A stretch of 64,000 nucleotides of DNA from Phycisphaeraceae bacterium (lineage in GTDB: Bacteria; Planctomycetota; Phycisphaerae; Phycisphaerales; Phycisphaeraceae): the NCBI GenBank assembly GCA_963674705.1, contig OY771506.1, positions 5,408,001-5,472,000 on the forward strand, in the 5' to 3' direction. The notes under the pieces are model-generated. The model was not told the origin of the DNA. It made no database searches and saw only the letters and a program-made list of their open reading frames with translations. Of this stretch, positions 39,501-50,831 are shown piece after piece (within the stretch, counting starts at the first letter, position 1; each line of letters begins with the position of its first letter). A program made the position numbers and the translations under genes.

Positions 39501-40925
39501 GACATGCCCGGCATCCAAGCTGAGCCTGACATCGGGACCGATGTTGTAATTCGTTTGCGTAGAAGTACTTGAAAGGTGTCTGCGCCAGAGCAGCGACCCA
39601 TCCTCCGGGTCGATCGCAGTCAGGTAGGCATCGTGCAGGCCCGAGACGTTGACACGTTTAGCGACGACGTAGAGCCGATCGCCATGTCCGATCGGCGTGC
39701 CGTCGAACTCGGCACCAGTGAGTGCGGGATCAAGCTTCTCAGCCGAGATGCGCCAGAGCACCTCGCCGTCCTCCGCGCGCAACGCGATAAGTTCGGCATC
39801 CGCCCCCTCGATGCCGCGTATGCCCAGGGCACTAACATGAAATCCGAGTAATGCAAATATGCGGTCGTCCTGAATGAGTAATCCACGAGGATTGATGCGC
39901 ATACCTCTGACGCGATTGGTGAGCATGCGCACAGAATCGTCTTGTTGATTCTCCCATGCCTGGGACCAGAGTTTCCAACCGGAGGCGCGGTCGTAGGCCT
40001 CGATCTTGTGGCCGAGGTTGATGAAGACGCGCTCGTGATCGATGACCGGAATCACGCGCAGGACCACCTGGTCGGCGGGCAGTTCACGGACATCCATCCG
40101 CTGATTCACGTTCTGCCAGAGTTCATCTGACAGGTCGATCTCCCAGAGCGGCGCATCGAGTGTGTCGGGCAGTTGGACGGGGCCTGCCTGGGCATGGTTA
40201 TGCAGCCGAAGCGGCGGGTGGATACGGTGCGTGAGTGACTCAAGTGTATCGATGGATTGCTCGTCGCCGATTTGTTCGAGCAGCGCGTGTTGCGTTTGGT
40301 ACGCATCGTCATCCCCCATAAGCATCGCCGCGACGCCCAGCAACATGTGATAGCGCGCCTGCTGCGACGTCAGGTCGGGATGGTCGCTTAGTTGTTCAAG
40401 CACACTTAACGCATCAGCGCCTTCAGCCCTTTCAAGGTGATACGCGCTTAATGCCAGTGCGGCTTCCAACGCGCTTGGCGTCAGCGGATACCGTGTGAAT
40501 ACATCACGCAATGCATCGGCATCGATCGATTGATTTACGGTCGGCAGCGCCTTGTGTAGCTCGCGTGAAGCGGCGGGCTCGAACATCGAGCAATAGGCTT
40601 GCAGCAGTTGGTCATCGGTCTGCAATTCCCGACGCACCCAAATCACAGCGTCGGTATAGGCGTTTTCGCCGACAGGCATGAGCTTGTGTGGATACTCATC
40701 GATGACCTGTTGAAGTAACTGCGCGGCATCCGCGTAGCGGCGTTCCTTGACCATGTCGCGCGCCTGGTAGCCAAGCTCCTGCGCGGCGGGTGAATCTTCG
40801 ATGTAGACGGTGGGCTGGTTGGGCTGGATCGCCTGACCCGACGCATCGATGGGCCCGGGTACAGTCGCCGCGAAGGCGAACAGCGGGAGGAGAAGCAACC
40901 GGACTCGTCGGCGGCGTTGGGCCAT
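36564..40925 (-). CDS. Large secreted PQQ-like beta-propeller / TPR protein (BamB-like repeats)
   Basis: Signal peptide MAQRRRRVRLLLLPLFAFA; repeated ALD..TG...W motifs and TPR-like helices. ATG 40925 has TAGAAT-N7 upstream. Confidence 0.82.
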   Translation of the reverse strand: MAQRRRRVRLLLLPLFAFAATVPGPIDASGQAIQPNQPTVYIEDSPAAQELGYQARDMVKERRYADAAQLLQQVIDEYPHKLMPVGENAYTDAVIWVRRELQTDDQLLQAYCSMFEPAASRELHKALPTVNQSIDADALRDVFTRYPLTPSALEAALALSAYHLERAEGADALSVLEQLSDHPDLTSQQARYHMLLGVAAMLMGDDDAYQTQHALLEQIGDEQSIDTLESLTHRIHPPLRLHNHAQAGPVQLPDTLDAPLWEIDLSDELWQNVNQRMDVRELPADQVVLRVIPVIDHERVFINLGHKIEAYDRASGWKLWSQAWENQQDDSVRMLTNRVRGMRINPRGLLIQDDRIFALLGFHVSALGIRGIEGADAELIALRAEDGEVLWRISAEKLDPALTGAEFDGTPIGHGDRLYVVAKRVNVSGLHDAYLTAIDPEDGSLLWRRHLSSTSTQTNYNIGPDVRLSLDAGHVYATDNRGTVVALDSRTGTVHWVTILPFDTDDKPMIRRAYGPSKDIPSPVLVDAGLLVPSANADDPYWLLNAQTGEVLRQLDHADWKDAQACYVAGDHVITVGKSVSCFDGQTLEHLWHKPLDARLEGEVRGKPAIVLWQSDDQPQPKGMVIFCTDHRLMALDLSNGSVVNDVPIPAPGNIALASGQLVIASMADIQAYTDWAVAYDQLKKLAELDPADPRPGMAMARLALRTDRDAQVLEGVDLALAAVGEAAPAPDQEDPAQLKVFNQLRDIVNPLSGANVKLRGDLLDRMAATTANPFQEATYQLLRGGYFVETGDPTRAIEHYQAILADQSLAMELYNVGQSARQAGLEAKRRISSLVQEHGREIYQEYDLLAEHELSELINTMESDPKRYVALADRYPLASSVNEARQMAADLSLEAHDINAALRQLQVLYLDSIDDAQLATVSSRIVSLYMDNERPELAKRWLKRVKRQHPDMLLMRDDQQVHIQSWLSELDLILSMAQRLPRFDLPSGEPRWIDGRPIPVEQQVKDAIVDLDHVLMTDGQEIWLLAAGGLEELWRKPVPVRDLQVLVMDSRQVIWWSTQTKQLGAIDSRTGASLWDTIDCASALENAGDPQLQEQRRTAQQKQFVQILGGAVVRSPRLADNEPESGLYMTVDLTSVLLADSLGRAVCVDRASGRVRWQMLGQADNLTSIALGNDLVALAGASWADTAAQHGIISLLDTLTGEPLETVIQTEKVPSWIGFTDSGLLISAMPASLSAYEPTSGRTEWHSELQLRSNYQQYKLGGKLLMLSDQRGQVGSSLVIDTETGHEVNQLPIRTTNGRPMMFDTIEADGPWYTATPMRAAALDAQGKLLWADAICAPVGTIQKQYVSEDYLCILGGVRPVQIPNVQQIRVEGRPELEEALIRVAQRAAEWSENSGYRLYVLDRGTGSLVYEADLKQIEMPINPANSVLINDSLLLGVGGRTLVLTGKSGGN

Positions 40926-40992
40926 GCCATGGATTCTAGGCGGGGCGCGGCCACGACGCACAGCCGGGCGGGAATCCGCTAAACTTTCAGGT

Positions 40993-41901
40993 ATGGCAAG
41001 TCCCTTTACTATTGTTGGTCTCGGTGAATCCCTGTTCGACATCATGGGTGATACCCAGCACCCGGGCGGGGCGCCGATGAACGTGGCGATCCATGCTCAT
41101 CAGCTCGGCAAGGCGGCAGGTGGCCGCGGCGTGATGGTCAGCCGGGTCGGACAGGACGACATGGGCAACCAGATCATCGACCTGCTGCGTGAGCGCGGGA
41201 TGACGACGGACTTCATCCAGACCGATCCGGATCACCCGACCGGCCGGGTGTATGTCGAGACCGACAGCAGCGGCGAACCCAGCTACGAAATCGTGGAAAA
41301 CGCGGCGTGGGACCTGATCCAGTACGACCCGGACATGGATTCATTGGCGTTATCGTGCGACGGGCTGTGCTTCGGCAGCCTGGCGCAACGGCACGCGCAA
41401 TCGCGCGGCAGTATTTACCGCTTCGTTGAGACGAGCCGGGCACGGTACAAGATGTTCGATGTGAACCTGCGCAAGCCGTTCTACACGCGCCAGCACATCC
41501 TGCGCAGTTGCGAACTGGCGACGGTGGTAAAGCTGAACATCCATGAGCTGGATGAATTGCAGGACATGCTCTCGCTGGGCGAGGGTTCTGCGGACGATCG
41601 TGCAAAGCGATTGATCGAAGCGTACAAGCTGAGGATGGTGGTGCTGACGCGCGGCAAGCAAGGGACGGTCTTGTACACGCCGGACGGCCGATTCGAGGGC
41701 GAACCTGTTTCGTACGATCGTGAAGAAGGCGCGGACTCGGTCGGCGCAGGCGATGCGTGTTCCGCGGCGGTGCTGGTGGGTAAGGCGCTACGCATGTCGA
41801 ATGAAAAGGTTGCAACGTTTGCGAATCACGCCGGGGCGTTTGTAGCGAGTAAAGCGGGGGCAACGCCGGTGATGGGGGAAGAGGTGATTGCTAATTTGTA
41901 A
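40993..41901 (+). CDS. PfkB-family carbohydrate kinase (fructokinase-like)
   Basis: GLGESLFD, GGAPMNVA, FDVNLR and DSVGAGD. ATG 40993 follows TAAACT-N7. Confidence 0.9.
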   Translation: MASPFTIVGLGESLFDIMGDTQHPGGAPMNVAIHAHQLGKAAGGRGVMVSRVGQDDMGNQIIDLLRERGMTTDFIQTDPDHPTGRVYVETDSSGEPSYEIVENAAWDLIQYDPDMDSLALSCDGLCFGSLAQRHAQSRGSIYRFVETSRARYKMFDVNLRKPFYTRQHILRSCELATVVKLNIHELDELQDMLSLGEGSADDRAKRLIEAYKLRMVVLTRGKQGTVLYTPDGRFEGEPVSYDREEGADSVGAGDACSAAVLVGKALRMSNEKVATFANHAGAFVASKAGATPVMGEEVIANL

Positions 41902-41926
41902 TTGCTGATCTGTAATCGTTAATCGC
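41892..41926. repeat. Degenerate heptamer array (TAATYKY x5)
   Basis: TAATTTG TAATTGC TGATCTG TAATCGT TAATCGC, the reverse complement of the GATTA-type array at 57728. Confidence 0.6.
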
Positions 41927-41956
41927 GGATGTGAAGTCTGTCATAAAAAATATATA

Positions 41957-42165
41957 CCCCGAAGGGGTAACAGCGTGTAGCCACGGGTGGAGCGAAGCGC
42001 AACCCGTGGGTATCGAGTGGTATCGTTAGTTTTAATCCGCCCCGGAGGGGCGGCGCAACGGCTACTGCCTTCACCCCTTCCGGGGTGATTAATAGTATTC
42101 GACACTTCTTCCACGGGTTGCGCTGCGCTGCACCCGTGGCTACAACCCGACGCCCCTTCGGGGCG
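41957..42165. repeat. Mirror-symmetric composite REPIN/MITE (REP family 4)
   Basis: CCCCGAAGGGG; GTAGCCACGGGTGGAGCGAAGCGCAACCCGTGG (41977-42009); hairpins at 42038-42052 and 42071-42088; inverted REP at 42111-42143; CGCCCCTTCGGGGCG. Confidence 0.9.
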
Positions 42166-42219
42166 GGACTCGAATTGCACGCATCAATATTCGGCAGCAA
42201 GCTGCCGGGCTAAACGGGG

Positions 42220-42247
42220 GTAGTGGGTAGTGAGTAGTGGGTAGTGG
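42220..42247 (+). repeat. Heptamer array GTAGTGR x4
   Basis: GTAGTGG GTAGTGA GTAGTGG GTAGTGG. Confidence 0.85.
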
Positions 42248-42404
42248 ATCGTTATATGAATATAGGTTGCATTGAAGCCCGGCCATTGCGTGGCTGGAGA
42301 CCTACAGATGCAATCTGTGGGCTTCGGTGCGCTGAGAGTATTCAAACAGAACCACTGCCGGGAAGTGTGGCATCTTAATTAGATCTGTAAATTGATCGGG
42401 CGGA

Positions 42405-42413
42405 TGCTATAAT
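42405..42413 (+). promoter_or_regulatory. Extended -10 promoter for asd
   Basis: TGCTATAAT about 55 nt upstream of ATG 42468; GGAGAA RBS. Confidence 0.6.
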
Positions 42414-42467
42414 GCGTGGTTCGACGGTGTGTGGCCGTCAATCACTGTTAAATTGGAGAATCAGATC

Positions 42468-43547
42468 ATGTCGTCCATTGCCCAGTCGTCCGGCCAGAGT
42501 GGCCGAGGAAGTTCCGCTCGCCAGAGCGCCCCTGTCGTCGCGATCGCCGGCGTCACCGGTGCTGTGGGGCAGGAATTCCTCACTCTCCTGGCTGAGCGGA
42601 ACTTCCCGATCGCGGATATGCGGATGCTCGCCTCGTCGCGCAGCGCCGGCAAGAAGATCGAGTTTCAGGGCAAGACTTACACCGTCGAGGAACTGACCGA
42701 AGAGAGCTTTGCGGGCGTGGACCTGGCGCTATTCAGCGCGGGCGGTTCGCAGAGTAAGAAGTACGCCCCGGCGGCGAGTGCGGCGGGCGCGACGGTCGTG
42801 GATAACTCGTCGGCGTTCCGTATGACGGACGGTATCCCGCTGGTTGTGCCGGAGGTTAATCCCGAGGCGATCAAGGGTATCGAACTGGGTAAGGGCGGGA
42901 TCATCGCGAACCCGAACTGCTCGACGATCATCATGCTGATGGCGGTGACGCCTTTGCATCGAGCGAAGACTGTAAAGCGCATGGTCGTCAGTACGTACCA
43001 GGCTGCGAGCGGCGCGGGCGCGGCGGCGATGGCGGAACTCGAGCAGCAGACGCGCGACGTTCTGGCAGGTGATCCGGTGACGATGAACGTCTTCAGCTTC
43101 CAGTACGCGTTCAACCTGTTCAGCCATAACTCGGCGATGCAGAGCAACGGGTACAACCAGGAAGAGATGAAGATGGTGCACGAGACGCACAAGATCTGGG
43201 AGCAACCCGAGGGCAAGCGGAGTGCGATCACTGCGACGTGCGTGCGTGTGCCGGTGATGCGTGCTCATGCTGAGAGCATCAACCTGACGTTTGAGAAGCC
43301 GATCACGGAAGACGAAGCGATCGCGCTGATCGAAGCGGCGCCGGGCGTGTCGATGATCAACGACCGGACGAACAACCGGTTCCCGACGCCTTTGGATGCC
43401 TCAGGTAAGGATGATGTGTTTGTGGGTCGAATCCGTAGCGACATCAGCCAGCCGAAGGGCGTGGGGTTGGACCTGTTCTGCTGCGGCGATCAGATCCGCA
43501 AGGGCGCGGCGCTGAACGCGATCCAGATCGCGGAGTTGTTGCTGTAA
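42468..43547 (+). CDS. asd: Aspartate-semialdehyde dehydrogenase
   Basis: GVTGAVG, DNSSAFRM, ANPNCST, STYQAASGAG and DQIRKGAALNA. Confidence 0.97.
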   Translation: MSSIAQSSGQSGRGSSARQSAPVVAIAGVTGAVGQEFLTLLAERNFPIADMRMLASSRSAGKKIEFQGKTYTVEELTEESFAGVDLALFSAGGSQSKKYAPAASAAGATVVDNSSAFRMTDGIPLVVPEVNPEAIKGIELGKGGIIANPNCSTIIMLMAVTPLHRAKTVKRMVVSTYQAASGAGAAAMAELEQQTRDVLAGDPVTMNVFSFQYAFNLFSHNSAMQSNGYNQEEMKMVHETHKIWEQPEGKRSAITATCVRVPVMRAHAESINLTFEKPITEDEAIALIEAAPGVSMINDRTNNRFPTPLDASGKDDVFVGRIRSDISQPKGVGLDLFCCGDQIRKGAALNAIQIAELLL

Positions 43548-43567
43548 GGTGTCATTATTGGAACCGG

Positions 43568-43603
43568 CACACTTTGTCGCTTCGCGATCAAAGTGCGGCA
43601 CCC
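43568..43603 (-). repeat. REP family 3 solo copy
   Basis: Minus strand GGGTGCCGCACTTTGA-TCGCGAAGCGA-CAAAGTGTG. Confidence 0.88.
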
Positions 43604-43622
43604 ATCCGGTTGATTAATTCGC

Positions 43623-44243
43623 ATGTATGCAATACCGAGGCCCACGTTCAGCGAACGTGGGCTTCTTTTTGTGGGTATGATGGGGGGCATGCCGGCGACG
43701 ATTGCACGAATGCTGATGTGCTTTGGGGTATTCACGGGGGCGGTGATTATCTATTTGGTGGTATTCATTTCGCTGGAGCGGTCTCTCGGTGATGAAGTGG
43801 CGTTGATGTATGCCGGAGCGGTATCGTGTGTCTTATTCGCGTTGGCATGGTTTCTGGTCTGGCGGAAGATGGTGCAATGGACCGCTAAACGCATCGGCTG
43901 GACGTTCGGGGTGGTGATGTTCAGTTTCGTTACGGCGGGACTGCTATGTGTATTCTTTGAGCTGATCACGCGTCATTGGGCTGAAGAGTTGGGGATCTTC
44001 CTGGGATCACTTGGCTGGGCGATGACGTGGCTGATCGGGACATCGATCGTCTGGCGTGAAAATGCGAGGGAACGCGGGGAGCGGCTTAGGCGTCTAGGTA
44101 TTCACGCTGTGGCATGTCCGGACTGCGGGTACAACCTGACGGGATTGAAAGAGGCGAAGTGCCCGGAGTGCGGTGCGGTGTATACGTTGGATCAGCTTTA
44201 TGCGAGTATCGCGGAGCAGCGGGCCGAACTCGGCGGGGATTGA
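43623..44243 (+). CDS. Membrane protein with C-terminal Zn-ribbon
   Basis: 4-5 TMs followed by CPDCGYNLTGLKEAKCPECG. Confidence 0.78.
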   Translation: MYAIPRPTFSERGLLFVGMMGGMPATIARMLMCFGVFTGAVIIYLVVFISLERSLGDEVALMYAGAVSCVLFALAWFLVWRKMVQWTAKRIGWTFGVVMFSFVTAGLLCVFFELITRHWAEELGIFLGSLGWAMTWLIGTSIVWRENARERGERLRRLGIHAVACPDCGYNLTGLKEAKCPECGAVYTLDQLYASIAEQRAELGGD

Positions 44244-44301
44244 GCCGTAGTAAGGCTGAGCGTGTTGTTTGAATCATCCTTTTTCAATCGGGAGCTTACT
44301 C

Positions 44302-45945
44302 ATGAAGACCGCCCTATCGCTATCGACGCTGTCTCTTTTGATGACTTTGAATACGGTAAGCGCGGAGACGATGGCGCTTGATGCGCCGCCGCAGCGGATT
44401 TCGATGTTTAAAAATGGTCTGGCGATGGTGACGAGCGCCGCAGAGCTTAAGCGCGATGGGGATTACAGCCTGACTGCGCCCGAGGCTCGGTACGGCAGCT
44501 TCTGGATCGGCTGGGGAGACGGGCTTTCGCTTGAGACGATCAAGGTGAATGAAGTCGACGGCGCAGAAGAGGCGGAGGTGACGAATCTGGTCGACCTGCT
44601 TCGGGCGAACGTGGGCAAGCAGATGTCGATCCGGCTGCATGATGAAGAGGCGTGGGCGAGCGGGACATTGCTTTCGATGCCGGTCAGGCCACAGCCGATG
44701 CCGCAGCCTTATACGCATGGCGGGTATCCGGTTATGCCGGCCACATCGGACCTGATGCTGTTCGAGACAGAAGAAGGCACGCTGGCGATGATGCCCAGCC
44801 GGGTGGCGCAGGTGCGTTTTGCTGAAGAGCAGATCAGCACGAAGGTGCAGAACCCGAAAAAGGAAACGGCGCTTAGCTTCAGCGCAAAGCAGGCGGACGG
44901 CAAGGGGCGCGATGTGGTGCTGCGGTATCTGGCGCAGGGGATCGCGTGGTCGCCGAGCTATGTGGTGGAGATGATTGATGATGAGACGGCGAAGCTTGCG
45001 TGCAAGGCGGTGATCGTCAACGACCTGATGGATCTGGATGGTGTGGATGTAGAGCTGATCGCGGGGTATCCGAATCTCGCGTTTGCGCAGAGCCCGTCGG
45101 CGATGAGTGCGACGCCTTTGGATGCGCTGTTGAATTCGCTGCAGAATCCGAATCAACGACAATTTGCGGCAGTCGCGACGAATGCGATGGTCATGGCCCA
45201 AAGCGCGAGGTATGACGCGGGAGGATACGGGGGTATGGTCAACTACACCGCCAACATCCCGGACCTGCCGGCGGGTGAAGGCGCTGAAGATTTGTACTTT
45301 TATCAGTTGCCGAACGTGACGCTGGCCAAGGGTGAGCGCGGGTATTATCCGTTGATCTCGGCGGAGGTGCCGGGCGGGCATGTGTATACGTGGGATATCG
45401 CGGACTTCGTGGATGACAACGATCGGTATGGGTATGGCAATCGGAATCAGAATCAAGAGCAGGAGCAGGTGGTCTGGCATTCGCTGGAGCTGACGAATAC
45501 GACGGATAAGCCTTGGACGACGGCGCCGGGGATGACGGTCAAGGATGGTCGTGTGCTCGGGCAGGACACGCTGCACTTCACGCCGCCCGGCGGGACGAGT
45601 CTGCTGAAGATCACACAGGCTTTGTCGATCGATGCTGAGCAGAACGAGGTGGAAGTCGAACGCGAGCGGAACGCGGTGAACTTCCATGGCAACACGTACG
45701 ACAAGGTGACCGTAACAGGGACACTGACAGTGACGAACTACAAGGACAAAACCGTCACGGTAAAGATCAACAAGCTTGTCAGCGGCGAGGTGGTAAGTGC
45801 TGATGCGAACCCGGAAGTGGTGAAGATCGCCAGTGGCATGAACCGTGTGAATCCTCGGAGCAAGCTGACGTGGGAGACCGAGATCGAGCCGGGCAAGGAT
45901 AACATGGTGACGATCAAGTATCAGTACAGTTTCTATACACGTTGA
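44302..45945 (+). CDS. Secreted DUF4139-like protein
   Basis: Signal peptide, ISMFKNGLAMV, LRYLAQGIAWSPSY and LYFYQLPNVTL; GGGAG RBS before ATG 44302. Confidence 0.75.
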   Translation: MKTALSLSTLSLLMTLNTVSAETMALDAPPQRISMFKNGLAMVTSAAELKRDGDYSLTAPEARYGSFWIGWGDGLSLETIKVNEVDGAEEAEVTNLVDLLRANVGKQMSIRLHDEEAWASGTLLSMPVRPQPMPQPYTHGGYPVMPATSDLMLFETEEGTLAMMPSRVAQVRFAEEQISTKVQNPKKETALSFSAKQADGKGRDVVLRYLAQGIAWSPSYVVEMIDDETAKLACKAVIVNDLMDLDGVDVELIAGYPNLAFAQSPSAMSATPLDALLNSLQNPNQRQFAAVATNAMVMAQSARYDAGGYGGMVNYTANIPDLPAGEGAEDLYFYQLPNVTLAKGERGYYPLISAEVPGGHVYTWDIADFVDDNDRYGYGNRNQNQEQEQVVWHSLELTNTTDKPWTTAPGMTVKDGRVLGQDTLHFTPPGGTSLLKITQALSIDAEQNEVEVERERNAVNFHGNTYDKVTVTGTLTVTNYKDKTVTVKINKLVSGEVVSADANPEVVKIASGMNRVNPRSKLTWETEIEPGKDNMVTIKYQYSFYTR

Positions 45946-45949
45946 TTGA

Positions 45950-46651
45950 ATGGTTGAGGGGGTTGCCATGGAGCCGTTTATTGTGTTCATTGCTATTTCA
46001 GGTGTAATTGTCCTGATCGTATTGATCATCGTGCTGTCGATCATTAACGAGAAGAAGCGGCGCGAGGCGATGCAGGCGTTTGCGGCGGCGAACGGGCTTG
46101 AATTCCATCAGAAGGTGCGCGCCCCGGGGGCGCTGGATTTGCCGGCGATCGAGCTGTTTACGCGCGGACACAGCCGGCAGACGAGCAACGCGCTGAGCGG
46201 GGAGATCGAGGGCTCGGCGGTGCGCGTGCTGGATTACAGATACACGATCGGGTCGGGCAAGAACTCATCGACGCACATGCAGACGGTCGTGGCGGTATCG
46301 ACCGGCGGCGTGCCGCTGCCGAGTTTCACGCTCGCGCCGGAAAACTTCTTCCACAAGATCGGCCAGGCGTTCGGGTATCAGGATATTGACTTCGAGATGT
46401 TCCCGGAGTTCTCGAATCGGTACCTGCTGCGCAGTGCAGATGAGGCGGCGATCCGGTCGCTGTTTGATGGGCGGGTGATCGATGCGTACATGAACGGATT
46501 AGGACAGAACGTCGAGGTGCGTGACGGGTGGCTATTCGTATTCAAGGCGGGCAGGCGTTTGAAACCCGAGCAGATCCAACCGCAGATCGAAGCGGCGTTC
46601 GGGTTTTTGTTTGAACTGACGGGTGCGACGCGGTGTGATGGCGTGATGTGA
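45950..46651 (+). CDS. Hypothetical single-TM membrane protein
   Basis: N-terminal TM, DYRYTIGSGKNS and QDIDFE..PEFSNRYLL. The start may be 45968. Confidence 0.75.
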   Translation: MVEGVAMEPFIVFIAISGVIVLIVLIIVLSIINEKKRREAMQAFAAANGLEFHQKVRAPGALDLPAIELFTRGHSRQTSNALSGEIEGSAVRVLDYRYTIGSGKNSSTHMQTVVAVSTGGVPLPSFTLAPENFFHKIGQAFGYQDIDFEMFPEFSNRYLLRSADEAAIRSLFDGRVIDAYMNGLGQNVEVRDGWLFVFKAGRRLKPEQIQPQIEAAFGFLFELTGATRCDGVM

Positions 46652-46665
46652 GGGTTAAGTGTGGT

Positions 46666-46700
46666 GGAAGAAAAAGCCCACGTTCGGAGAACGTGGGCTT
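46666..46700 (-). terminator. Intrinsic terminator after clpC
   Basis: AAGCCCACGTTC-3 nt-GAACGTGGGCTT, followed by a U-tract on the minus strand. Confidence 0.8.
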
Positions 46701-46739
46701 CGGGGGATGGTTAAGTTAATCGTGTGATTCTTTATTGAA

Positions 46740-49271
<2,532 letters not shown>

Positions 49272-49607
49272 AACGTCTCACTGGTTGAAGGTGCGTGTGT
49301 ACTCTCTAATTTTCAGCTATCGGGTGGTGGGACCGGCGTCTGCGGTGGGCATTACTTAAACGTCCGTATCAATGATTTTATAGGACGCTACCCCATCCGT
49401 AAAACACATACCGCTCACCTCTCAATCCCTTAACACTAATACTTCGGTCATCGGGCCCCGGGTCATCTACGCCTCTAAGTTTATCGGCTAGAAAGGGGTA
49501 GATTAGGCCACTTAACCGACTATGGTTATTACAGTTTGCTTAAGATCCGTGTTCATTCAGCACCCGCCCTGCCTGAGCGAATATTACGCCGGTTTTCCAA
49601 GCGAGGT

Positions 49608-50753
49608 TCACTCAAACAACGCCGGTTGATGTCCTATCATAGGCGGGCAAAACGCGTTTGTGTTCAAGTCCGGCAAATCGCGGTCCAGATTGTAGCGCCG
49701 GGCAAAGAGATGAAAAACCTCACCGATCTGATTTGCGATCGGTCCGACACCGCTTTGACGGATGTGGGGACGTGCATCGTACAACTGCCCGTCGCGCGAT
49801 TGTCGCAGAAGTGACACAACACGTGCGGCACGGTCCGGGAAGTGCCTGGCAAGCCATTCTATAACAATCGCTTTGAGTTGATGCGGCAGACGCAAGAGGA
49901 TGTAGCCCGTGGATTGTGCGCCGGCATCGCTTGCAGCGCGCAGGATGGCGGGCAGTTCAGAATCGTTTAATCCGGGAATCACCGGCGCGACCATCACCGA
50001 TACGGGGATGCCCGCCGATGCGAGTTTACGAATCGTGTCGATACGGTCGCGCGGACTGCTGGCGCGCGGTTCCATCTTTGAAGCCAGGTCGTTGCGCAGT
50101 GTCGTGATACTGATTGCCGCGCGTGAGGCGTGATGCTTTGCCAGGGTTTGCAGCAGGTCAAGATCGCGCAGGATCAGCTTGTTCTTGGTTATCAGGCTCA
50201 CCGGATGAAGCATCTCCGCAAACACTTCCAGGCAGCCTCGTGTGATGCGCAGTTCTTCTTCGATGGGCTGATAGGGATCGGTGACGCCCGACATGACGAC
50301 CGTCTGAGGCCGCCACTTGGGTGAAGTCAGTTCACGGCGGAGCATCGCAGGCGCGTCATGCTTGGCGACGATCTTTGTCTCAAAGTCGAGCCCGCAGGAC
50401 ATGCCGAGGAATTCGTGGCCGGGCCGGGCGTAGCAGTAAACGCAGCCGTGCTCGCAGCCGCGGTAGGGATTGAGCGTCCACTCAAAGCCGATGTCGGGGC
50501 TGGTCTTCGGGTCGACGTAGTTGAGGATGGTTCGGCTGGTGTCGGTGAGGATTTGTGTGTTAGTTTGTTGAGCAGGTTTGTGTTGTTGTTCGTCGAGGTG
50601 TTCGCCAAGGACGTAGAGGCGCAGAGACTCGAAACGGTTGGCGGGATTGAGTGCTGCGCCGCGGCCTCGCTGTGGGCCTCGGATGAGGGCGTCGGGGTGT
50701 TCGTGGGAAAGTTCTTGGGGAGTGTGAGGGGGATTGGATGGGGGTTGACGCAT
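49608..50753 (-). CDS. PA0069/Rv2578c-family radical SAM protein
   Basis: GRGAALNPANRF, NPYRGCEHGCVYCYARP and SGVTDPYQPIE. True start at 50753; the 51095 extension overlaps RAYT2. Confidence 0.92.
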   Translation of the reverse strand: MRQPPSNPPHTPQELSHEHPDALIRGPQRGRGAALNPANRFESLRLYVLGEHLDEQQHKPAQQTNTQILTDTSRTILNYVDPKTSPDIGFEWTLNPYRGCEHGCVYCYARPGHEFLGMSCGLDFETKIVAKHDAPAMLRRELTSPKWRPQTVVMSGVTDPYQPIEEELRITRGCLEVFAEMLHPVSLITKNKLILRDLDLLQTLAKHHASRAAISITTLRNDLASKMEPRASSPRDRIDTIRKLASAGIPVSVMVAPVIPGLNDSELPAILRAASDAGAQSTGYILLRLPHQLKAIVIEWLARHFPDRAARVVSLLRQSRDGQLYDARPHIRQSGVGPIANQIGEVFHLFARRYNLDRDLPDLNTNAFCPPMIGHQPALFE

Positions 50754-50799
50754 GCCTAACATTTTACTAACATATGGATATAAATCAAGAAGGTATGTG

Positions 50800-50822
50800 C
50801 CGCCCGCTGAAGCGGGCTCGCC
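50800..50822. repeat. REP family 2, upstream of RAYT2
   Basis: CCGCCCGCTGAAGCGGGCTCGCC. Confidence 0.88.
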
Positions 50823-50831
50823 GATGGATAT

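Noticed and set aside
40926..41045. Mutually overlapping N-terminal extensions of the PQQ protein and pfkB
   Set aside because: Starts at 40925 and 40993 give a clean 67-bp divergent promoter with two -10 boxes.
41919..42200. ORFs 41919-42200 and 41941-42180
   Set aside because: Translations of the palindromic repeat element.
44320..46044. 574-aa minus-strand ORF
   Set aside because: Antisense shadow of the DUF4139-like gene, with Arg/His-rich low-information composition.
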